Assembly (NCBI GenBank): GCA_035451285.1
Contig: DAOTOJ010000001.1
Location: 28,924-87,673 of the forward strand
Direction of reading: 5' to 3'
From: Minisyncoccota bacterium
Lineage (GTDB): Bacteria; Patescibacteriota; Minisyncoccia; UBA6257; Brennerbacteraceae
DNA length: 58,750 nucleotides
The notes beneath the pieces were generated by a model, which had not been told where the DNA came from, made no database searches, and saw nothing but the letters and a program-made list of their open reading frames with translations. Of the stretch, positions 1 through 6,980 are shown in pieces. Every line of letters begins with the position of its first letter. Position 1 is the stretch's first letter. The position numbers were made by a program, and so were the translations under genes.

Positions 1-1
1 T

Positions 2-1339
2 AATAGTAGTGGTTCAGCATCTGATTCAGTAACTGTTAATGTAACTAAAAGACCAACACCAACACCAACACCAATACCATCACCACTTCCAACAGTTAAC
101 TTAAAGGTTAATGGTTCTGATGGTCCAATAACTTTACAAGAACCAGCTGATTATACTTTATCTTGGACTTCTAATAATGCTGATACTTGTACAGCTTCTG
201 GATCTTGGTCTGGAACTAAATCATTAAATGGTTCTCAAGATGTCTACGACAAACCATATGGAACCTATACTTACACCATTAGATGTTCTAATTCTTCAGG
301 TTCAGCATTTGATTCAGTAACAGTTAATGTAATCGAATCTCATCAAAACGTTTATCTAACAATTGATAAGCAAGTTAGAAATGTAACTAATAATACTAGT
401 TTTTCAGATTCTGTCTCTGCAAAAAATAGCGATCAATTAGAATTTTCTATTAGAATTAATGTTCTTGGATCTGGTTCTTTAAATAATATTTACGTTCAAG
501 ATATTTTGCCAAATGGTTTAAGTTTGGTGCCAGGTTCAGTAAGAATTGATAACAATTCCGCTAGCGATAATCTAATATATTCTGGATTGTATCTTGGAAA
601 TTATTCTTCAGGAACAATAAAAACTATAACTTTTTTGGCAAGCGTTAATTCTTCAGCCTATAATACTACTTTAACAAATGTTTCAAAGGCTTGGGCTGAT
701 TCTATAGGAACTGTTTCCGACTCAGCCTATGTAAATATCTCTGGCTATGAATCTCGCTATACAACCTTATCAATTTCTAAAACAGTTAAAGATGTAGCTT
801 TAAATTCAGCTTATAGTGAGACTCTTTATATGAGACCTTCTACTGAAGTTGAATACCGAATAGTAATAACTAATACTGGAAGTTATTTTGCCCAAGATGT
901 ATTAATTAAAGATGTTTTGCCTTCCGGTTTAGTCTACAAACCAAATTCAACTTATATTGATGGCATATTAACTAATGATGGAATTACTTCGGGTGGAATA
1001 TATATTGATGATCTTAATGTGGGGCAATCGAAAACAATTACTTATCGTGCTACTTTAAGAGAGAATTCATTTTTTACCCAAAGTTTAACAACTTTAGTTA
1101 ATAATGCTACAGCTAATGGATTAAATACTAATTCTATTTCTGATACCGCTACTGTTTATGCTATTCAACAAGGAAGAGTTTTGGGTGCTGCGTCTGTTGA
1201 TACCGGAGCTGATATTGCAACTTTGGTAACCATTGGAACAGCTGGGTTATCTTCTGTCTCATTTGCTGGGTTTAATGCCTTTAAAAAGGGTTATCTTAAG
1301 AGAAAAATAAAAGAAAGAAGAAATAAATTAGGATTATAA
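2..1339 (+). CDS. Large cell-surface protein, 5'-truncated by the window edge (Ig-like Cys-pair modules, DUF11-type repeats, C-terminal TM anchor)
   Basis: Frame 2 is open from nt 2, and the ORF track only begins at an internal TTG at 506. The translation shows a Thr/Pro linker (TPTPTPIPSP) and Cys-pair modules (ADTCTASGSWSG...YTIRCSNSSGS). It also has two DUF11-like repeats (QDILPNGLSLVPGSVRIDN; KDVLPSGLVYKPNSTYIDG) and a hydrophobic C-terminal helix followed by a basic tail. Confidence 0.7.
   Translation, partial: NSSGSASDSVTVNVTKRPTPTPTPIPSPLPTVNLKVNGSDGPITLQEPADYTLSWTSNNADTCTASGSWSGTKSLNGSQDVYDKPYGTYTYTIRCSNSSGSAFDSVTVNVIESHQNVYLTIDKQVRNVTNNTSFSDSVSAKNSDQLEFSIRINVLGSGSLNNIYVQDILPNGLSLVPGSVRIDNNSASDNLIYSGLYLGNYSSGTIKTITFLASVNSSAYNTTLTNVSKAWADSIGTVSDSAYVNISGYESRYTTLSISKTVKDVALNSAYSETLYMRPSTEVEYRIVITNTGSYFAQDVLIKDVLPSGLVYKPNSTYIDGILTNDGITSGGIYIDDLNVGQSKTITYRATLRENSFFTQSLTTLVNNATANGLNTNSISDTATVYAIQQGRVLGAASVDTGADIATLVTIGTAGLSSVSFAGFNAFKKGYLKRKIKERRNKLGL
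11..332 (+). repeat. Intragenic tandem domain repeat, period 288 nt (96 aa)
   Basis: nt 11-44 (ggttcagcatctgattcagtaactgttaatgtaa) and nt 299-332 (ggttcagcatttgattcagtaacagttaatgtaa) match at 32 of 34 positions. Both encode ...SGSA(S/F)DSVTVNV at the module end. Confidence 0.8.
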
Positions 1340-1350
1340 TTATTTAAAAC

Positions 1351-1380
1351 AATAAAGCCCTATATTTAAGGGGCTTTATT
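1351..1380 (+). terminator. Rho-independent terminator candidate after the surface-protein gene
   Basis: AATAAAGCCC-(10 nt)-GGGCTTTATT inverted repeat, followed by GTTT, 12 nt after the stop codon. Confidence 0.55.
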
Positions 1381-1382
1381 GT

Positions 1383-1411
1383 TTGACAATTAATTTTAAA
1401 AAATTTAAAAT
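1383..1411 (+). promoter_or_regulatory. Sigma70-type promoter TTGACA-17-TAAAAT, 7 nt upstream of the ATG at 1419
   Basis: TTGACA at 1383-1388, a 17-nt spacer, and TAAAAT at 1406-1411. The ATG at 1419 implies a leaderless or near-leaderless mRNA. Confidence 0.45.
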
Positions 1412-1418
1412 TTAATAT

Positions 1419-1985
1419 ATGGATTTTTTAAAAGGATTTTGGAAGCAGGCTTTATTAGTAATTTTAGGGATAATTTTGGGAATAGGCGGAGTTTTTGCTT
1501 TTGAATATTTTTCCAATCGAGATATTTTGAGTTTAACGGCAATTTCTAGAAATTTCCAGCAAGCAGAAAATTCAATTTTGCCATCGGATTCTGAAATTAT
1601 TAATCAAACTTCCTTGCCAGCAGAAGAAACTCCTAATGTTTTTCAAACGCCAGAACCTTCAACGACTATTGAAATTTCGCCTTATCCCTCGCCCTCGCCC
1701 AAATTAAAGAAATTGGTTAGTATTGATGTTGATAATACTGGAGCTGGGATGTATCAATTTGAAGTAACTCGAGGAACTGAAGTAGAGCTAACTTTAAATG
1801 TTATGGATATCAATGTTGATCCTAGTGGCTTAGAATTTAAAAGCGAAGTTATTAATACTGGCCAAATTTTACCAAATACTTCTAAAACTTTTACTTTTGT
1901 AGCTCAAGAGTCTTTTACTTTAATACCTTATACTGCTTTAACCAACAATCCTAAACCATATACTATAAAAGTAATTGTTAGATAA
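1419..1985 (+). CDS. Membrane-anchored hypothetical protein (N-terminal TM, Pro/Ser-rich linker, beta-rich C-terminal domain)
   Basis: 188-aa ORF with a hydrophobic N-terminal helix (ALLVILGIILGIGGVFAF) and a PSPSP linker. Its stop overlaps the next start (TAATG). Confidence 0.6.
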   Translation: MDFLKGFWKQALLVILGIILGIGGVFAFEYFSNRDILSLTAISRNFQQAENSILPSDSEIINQTSLPAEETPNVFQTPEPSTTIEISPYPSPSPKLKKLVSIDVDNTGAGMYQFEVTRGTEVELTLNVMDINVDPSGLEFKSEVINTGQILPNTSKTFTFVAQESFTLIPYTALTNNPKPYTIKVIVR

Positions 1986-2623
1986 TGGATGATTTAGTTT
2001 TTAAAAAGAAAATTTTTTTAAAGATAAATAAAACCCTAAAAAGGCTTTATCCCCAAACAAAAATAGCTTTAAATTTTTCAAACCCTTGGGAATTATTAGT
2101 TGCTACTATTTTATCAGCTCAGGCAACCGATAAAAAAGTAAATGAAGTAACTTCCGATCTTTTCAAAAAGTACAAATCTATTAAAGATTACGCTAAAGCT
2201 GATTTAAAAGAATTTGAAAAAGATATTTCTAAAATAAATTATTATAAAACAAAAGCTAAAAATATTATTGAATCAGCCCAAATAGTTTTAGAGAAGTTTA
2301 ACGGCCAGGTGCCGCAAACTATGGAAGAAATGTTAAAATTAAAAGGTGTTGGCAGAAAAACCGCTAATGTTATTTTAAGCAATGCTTTTTATAAAGATTA
2401 CGGGATAGTAGTAGATACCCATGTTAAAAGATTTTCTCTAATGTATCATTTAACAAATAGTTCTGATCCTTTTAAAATTGAACAAGATTTAATGGAAATT
2501 GTGCCTAAAAAGGAATGGCGTGAATTTCCTTTAAGGCTTATTTCTTATGGCAGAGATTATTGCCCCAATAGAGTTCATGACCATCAAAATTGTCCTCTTG
2601 AAAAAGTTTTAAATAAAATTTAA
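1985..2623 (+). CDS. nth: Endonuclease III (HhH-GPD DNA glycosylase/AP lyase)
   Basis: Carries the HhH-GPD signature LKGVGRKTANVIL with the catalytic Lys, and VVDTHVKRF with the catalytic Asp. Length is typical at 212 aa. The C-terminus has only 2 Cys (C-x9-C) instead of the usual 4-Cys cluster motif. Confidence 0.85.
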   Translation: MDDLVFKKKIFLKINKTLKRLYPQTKIALNFSNPWELLVATILSAQATDKKVNEVTSDLFKKYKSIKDYAKADLKEFEKDISKINYYKTKAKNIIESAQIVLEKFNGQVPQTMEEMLKLKGVGRKTANVILSNAFYKDYGIVVDTHVKRFSLMYHLTNSSDPFKIEQDLMEIVPKKEWREFPLRLISYGRDYCPNRVHDHQNCPLEKVLNKI

Positions 2624-4056
2624 TAAGGAAAAATCTTAGCTTTAAAATATTTGTTAGCACTTAACCATTTAAATTCTCCAGAATTATTATCTAGATTTAA
2701 GGGATAATCTATTTTTTCTAATGGAATTTCCCAATGATTTATTGGATTTCTTTTATCAATTTCAACAATTATTAATTTATTATTGGCTATTAATACTAGA
2801 TACCAATTATTGTTTGTAAAATAAATTTCTTTAATTTGTGAAGAATTTAAATTATTAAGCAAAACAATAGTTTCTCCTTTTTGGTATTTAAGGTCGTCAA
2901 ATACTTCGCTAATAAAGTTTATCTTCAAGGAATCTTTTTCTAAAATTACAAATTTTTCAAGAGTTGGTTTAATTAGAACTGCGTTTTTAGAAAGAGTTTC
3001 AATTTGATTAGTTTTTAAATCAACTAAAACAAGTTGGCCATTTTTTTCCCATAAAACGATAAGATTTTTATCTAAATAATTAATATCAGTGTAATTTTTC
3101 AAATAATAAATTGGCAAAGCGTAAATTGGGATTGGTTCTTGAGATAAATTAGCGTAGTTTAGAGAATAAATAAATCCCTGAGTGGTTAAAAATAAGCTGT
3201 TATTATTGTTTTCTTTTGAAAAAGCTAAAATATCTTGATAAGGAGTTCTATAAAAAGCAAAAGAGTAAGTATTAAAAGCGTACATTTCTTGCGATTTATT
3301 AATAATTATTAACTCTTCGTTTTTTAAAGGATTAAAATAAAATTCTAAATCAGTTAATTTTGAGCTAGTTTGAGTTAAAAAATTTTGAAAAGCTCTTGAA
3401 AGTAAAGTAATTTTATTACTAGTTATTAAAAGCCCGTTGTTATTAGAAGCTAAAATTAATAAATCCTGTCTATTAGCCGAAATTTTAATATCCTTTACTT
3501 TTTGGTTGGCTAATGGAGAATAATCCTGGAAATCAGCTATAAATTTTAAAGTGGTGGTAGAAGTAGAATCATTTTCCATTAAAGTTGCTTGCCAGATAGC
3601 ACTTGAAGAGTTTATTAAAAATTCAGTGGAACTTAAAGGATAAAGATTGTCAAAATTTGAAGCGAAGATTTCAGTTGAAGTTGCTTCGATTCTACTAATT
3701 GGTAAAACAATTCGAGTTGCTTTACTAACAGTTAATGGTTCAACTTGCAGGTATTTGCTCCAATTAAAATTAGTTAGATAAGAAGCTGAAACTTCCACAA
3801 AATATTCTTTTGGGACTAAATCAGAAATAAGTACACCATTATATATAATTGAGTTTTGAGATTGAATAATTTTATTAGCTGCCAGAATGGTTGTTTGTTG
3901 GGGAATAGTTTTTAAAAAAATTCCTCCTGCTTTTGTAAACTTTAAATTTTCAGAATCAAAAATATATCCTTGAGATTTTAAGATAATATAAGGGGCAAAA
4001 ATTATAAAGCAAATCCCTAAAAAAAATGCTAGAATAGTTCTGGTACTTCTTTTCAT
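2620..4056 (-). CDS. Membrane-anchored hypothetical protein (possible PEGA-like domain followed by a repeat/beta-rich region)
   Basis: 478-aa ORF with an N-terminal TM helix (ILAFFLGICFIIFAPYIIL). Its stop overlaps the nth stop (TTAA). No catalytic motif recognised. Confidence 0.55.
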   Translation of the reverse strand: MKRSTRTILAFFLGICFIIFAPYIILKSQGYIFDSENLKFTKAGGIFLKTIPQQTTILAANKIIQSQNSIIYNGVLISDLVPKEYFVEVSASYLTNFNWSKYLQVEPLTVSKATRIVLPISRIEATSTEIFASNFDNLYPLSSTEFLINSSSAIWQATLMENDSTSTTTLKFIADFQDYSPLANQKVKDIKISANRQDLLILASNNNGLLITSNKITLLSRAFQNFLTQTSSKLTDLEFYFNPLKNEELIIINKSQEMYAFNTYSFAFYRTPYQDILAFSKENNNNSLFLTTQGFIYSLNYANLSQEPIPIYALPIYYLKNYTDINYLDKNLIVLWEKNGQLVLVDLKTNQIETLSKNAVLIKPTLEKFVILEKDSLKINFISEVFDDLKYQKGETIVLLNNLNSSQIKEIYFTNNNWYLVLIANNKLIIVEIDKRNPINHWEIPLEKIDYPLNLDNNSGEFKWLSANKYFKAKIFPY

Positions 4057-4123
4057 TATTTTAATTTTATCATTAAAGATTATTTTTATAAAGAGACCAT
4101 TTTTTAGTTGGTTAAAATGTTGG

Positions 4124-4151
4124 TTGTAAACTTGAGATATTTTGGTATAAT
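4124..4151 (+). promoter_or_regulatory. Promoter candidate TTGTAA-16-(TGg)TATAAT
   Basis: TTGTAA at 4124-4129 and TATAAT at 4146-4151, preceded by TG at 4143-4144. It lies in the divergent intergenic region upstream of 4185. Confidence 0.4.
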
Positions 4152-4184
4152 CTTTAGTGATTAATAAATTTAAATAGTTTTAAT

Positions 4185-4808
4185 ATGGCTGATAATAAAA
4201 ATTTTAAAATTAATATCCCTATTGTTATTGGTTTAGTAGTAATTTTAACTATTGCCGGTTTATATTTTTTTTCAAGGGATAATAATTCTTTTCAAATTTC
4301 TTTGGAAGAAAACGATCATTTCAGGGGGAATAGGGAAGCTTCAGTTATTTTAGTAGAATATAGCGATTTTAGCTGTCCAGCTTGTGCATATTATTTTCCA
4401 ATAATTGAAGAATTAATAGCTAATTATAATAATGATTTATTATTTATTTACAGGCATTTCCCATTTCATCAAAATTCTTACTCAGCTGCTTTAGCTTCTG
4501 AAGCAGCTGGTAAGCAAGGCGCTTTTTGGCAAATGGCGGAAAAACTGTATGTTAATCAAGCTAACTGGGCAAATTCTCAAAATCCATTTGAAATTTTTTC
4601 TTCTTATGCTGAAGAATTAAATTTAGATATTGAAAAATTTAAAAACGATTTAAATTCTCAAGAAATTGAACAAAAAGTTAGTAGCGATTTTAATTCTGGA
4701 AAGAAATACGGAATAACTTATACCCCTAGTTTTTTCATAAATGGAACATTGATTGACAATCCTCCTTCTTATGAGGAATTTGCTAAACTTATTGAAAGTG
4801 CTAGGTAG
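4185..4808 (+). CDS. DsbA-family thiol:disulfide oxidoreductase, membrane-anchored
   Basis: N-terminal TM helix and a thioredoxin-fold CPAC active site (YSDFSCPACAYY). Length and layout are DsbA/BdbD-like. Confidence 0.8.
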   Translation: MADNKNFKINIPIVIGLVVILTIAGLYFFSRDNNSFQISLEENDHFRGNREASVILVEYSDFSCPACAYYFPIIEELIANYNNDLLFIYRHFPFHQNSYSAALASEAAGKQGAFWQMAEKLYVNQANWANSQNPFEIFSSYAEELNLDIEKFKNDLNSQEIEQKVSSDFNSGKKYGITYTPSFFINGTLIDNPPSYEEFAKLIESAR

Positions 4809-4845
4809 TTTTGGGTTTTAATTTTAGAAAGAATTTTTTATTTAT

Positions 4846-5694
4846 ATGGTAGTTATCAAAGCTGATAATCGAAGAGAAAGATTTAATAAAAATAAAATTA
4901 TTAATTCACTTTTAAAAATTGGCTTAGAGGAAAATAAAGCCCAAGAAATTGCCCAACAAGCTAAAGAAGAATTAAAAGGAAAAATCACCACTGATGAAAT
5001 TTTTAACTTCGTAGCTTCTAAATTAGAAAGCTACAACTTGCTTTATGCTGGAAAGTATAATCTAAGAAGGGCGATTATGAATCTAGGCCCAACTGGTTAT
5101 CCTTTTGAAAAGTATATTGCCAAAGTTCTAGATACTTATAATTTTAGCACTAAAACCAATCAAGTTTTAAATGGTAAATGTGTTATTCACGAAATTGATG
5201 TTCTAGCGCATAAAAATAATGATTTTTATTTTATTGAATGCAAATATCATAATACAACCGGAGCCAAGTCGGATGTTAAGGTTCCGCTTTATATTCATTC
5301 CAGATTTTTAGATTTAAAAGCTAATCTTAAAAAAAAAGATGAATATAATTACAAGATGTGGCTTATTACTAATACCAAGTTTACAACCGAAGCTTTAAAA
5401 TATGGCGAATGCATGAAAATAAAAATGACCGGTTGGCTTTATCCCGAAGACAACAGTTTGGAAAAAATTATTGAAAAAAATAATGCTTACCCCATAAATC
5501 TTTTTAAAGGAACATTAAATAATTTTGACTATCAAAAGTTGGCGAAATTAGATATTTTTCTTTTAAAGGATCTTCTTAAATTTTCTTTGAAAGAGTTAAT
5601 TTCAAAAACTAAAATTAAAGAAGAGAAACTTTCAAAACTTTATCAATTAGCTTTAAAACTTTGTCCAACTTATGAAAGTAAAAATAAAAAATAA
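4846..5694 (+). CDS. ATP-cone domain fused to a Mrr-like PD-(D/E)xK restriction-endonuclease fold
   Basis: The N-terminus (MVVIKADNRRERFNKNKIINSL...) resembles the NrdR/RNR ATP-cone. The core IDVLAHKNNDFYFIECKYH supplies D118 and E131-x-K133. Confidence 0.65.
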   Translation: MVVIKADNRRERFNKNKIINSLLKIGLEENKAQEIAQQAKEELKGKITTDEIFNFVASKLESYNLLYAGKYNLRRAIMNLGPTGYPFEKYIAKVLDTYNFSTKTNQVLNGKCVIHEIDVLAHKNNDFYFIECKYHNTTGAKSDVKVPLYIHSRFLDLKANLKKKDEYNYKMWLITNTKFTTEALKYGECMKIKMTGWLYPEDNSLEKIIEKNNAYPINLFKGTLNNFDYQKLAKLDIFLLKDLLKFSLKELISKTKIKEEKLSKLYQLALKLCPTYESKNKK

Positions 5695-6961
5695 AAAACA
5701 GTTAGCCAAAACAAAACTAAGAAAAGATGTTTTGGAAATTCTTGAAGCAGGGTTAAATGCAATTCAGCTTAAACCTGTTTTAAAAAATAAAATTAGAGTT
5801 AATAAAAACTATTTAATTATTGATAATAATAAATTTGATCTAAATAGTTTTGAAAAAATAGGAATTATTGGGTTTGGAAAGGGAAGTTTAGAAATTGCCA
5901 AATATTTAGAAAATACTTTAAAAAATAGGATAACTGGAGGGGTAATTATTGATCTTAAAAAAGAAAAATTAAAATATCTTAAAAGTTATCAAGGCACCCA
6001 CCCTCTGCCTTCTTTTAAAAACCAATTAGCTAGTAAAAAATTAATAACCTTTGCTAAATCCTTAAATCCTTCAAAAGATTTATTAATTGCTGTAGTTTGT
6101 GGAGGTGGTTCAAGTTTATTTTTTGACCCTTTGATAAAACCCAAAGATTTCGTTTTAATAACTTCTGATCTTTTAAAAAGTGGAGCAGATATTTCTCAAA
6201 TAAATATTGTTAGAAAACATTTATCAAATATCAAAGGAGGAAAATTTGCCAAAACTCTTTATCCCTTAAAAACATTAGTTTTAGTTTCTTCGGACGTTAT
6301 TGGAGATAATCTATCAACAATTGCTTCTGGTCCTTTTTATCCAGATTTTTCAACTAATCAAGACGCTTTAAAAGTCTTAAAGAAATATCGACTACTGGGA
6401 AAATATCAAAACAAACTCAAATTTTCAGAAACAATTAAAGATAGAAAATATTTTAAAAACATTAAGCATTTTATTATTTTGAATAATCAAGTTGCTTTAA
6501 AAGCTATGGAAATTAAAGCTCAGGAAATTAATTATCAACCAGTGATTTTGACAACTAAGTTTAATTGCGAGGCAAAAAATAGTTATCAAAAAATTAAAAA
6601 AATGATCAAAGGAAAAACCGCTAAATATAATTTATTTTTATTAGGCGGAGAAACTTTTGTTAAAGCTCGGGGAGTTGGGAAAGGAGGGAGAAATCAAGAA
6701 GCTGTCTTGGGAGCTTTAAAATTTATTAAAGATAATGAACTATTTATTTCTTGCGCTTCAGATGGGATTGATAATACTCCTTTTGCTGGAGCAATTGCTG
6801 ATAAACTTACTTTTAAAAATGCTCTTAAATTAGGATTAGAAATTGACGAATATTTAAAAAATAATGATTCTTATAGCTTTTTTAAACAAACAAGGGACTA
6901 TTTATTAACTGGTTTTACAAATAGCAATGTTTCAGATATAATGATTTATTATCGAAATTAA
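5672..6961 (+). CDS. Glycerate 2-kinase (DUF4147/MOFRL family, TtuD-like)
   Basis: GGETFVKARGVGKGGRNQEAVLGAL matches the GGETTV...GKGGRNQE signature of MOFRL glycerate kinases. The 429-aa ORF overlaps the upstream gene by 23 nt. Confidence 0.75.
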   Translation: MKVKIKNKKQLAKTKLRKDVLEILEAGLNAIQLKPVLKNKIRVNKNYLIIDNNKFDLNSFEKIGIIGFGKGSLEIAKYLENTLKNRITGGVIIDLKKEKLKYLKSYQGTHPLPSFKNQLASKKLITFAKSLNPSKDLLIAVVCGGGSSLFFDPLIKPKDFVLITSDLLKSGADISQINIVRKHLSNIKGGKFAKTLYPLKTLVLVSSDVIGDNLSTIASGPFYPDFSTNQDALKVLKKYRLLGKYQNKLKFSETIKDRKYFKNIKHFIILNNQVALKAMEIKAQEINYQPVILTTKFNCEAKNSYQKIKKMIKGKTAKYNLFLLGGETFVKARGVGKGGRNQEAVLGALKFIKDNELFISCASDGIDNTPFAGAIADKLTFKNALKLGLEIDEYLKNNDSYSFFKQTRDYLLTGFTNSNVSDIMIYYRN

Positions 6962-6980
6962 TAAAAATAAATATAATTTT

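Noticed and set aside
506-1339. ORF-track start (TTG at 506) for the first gene.
   Set aside because: The same frame is open back to nt 2, and the upstream translation continues the domain architecture (DUF11 motif ...NNIYVQDILPNGL spans the supposed start). The gene is 5'-truncated by the window rather than starting at 506.
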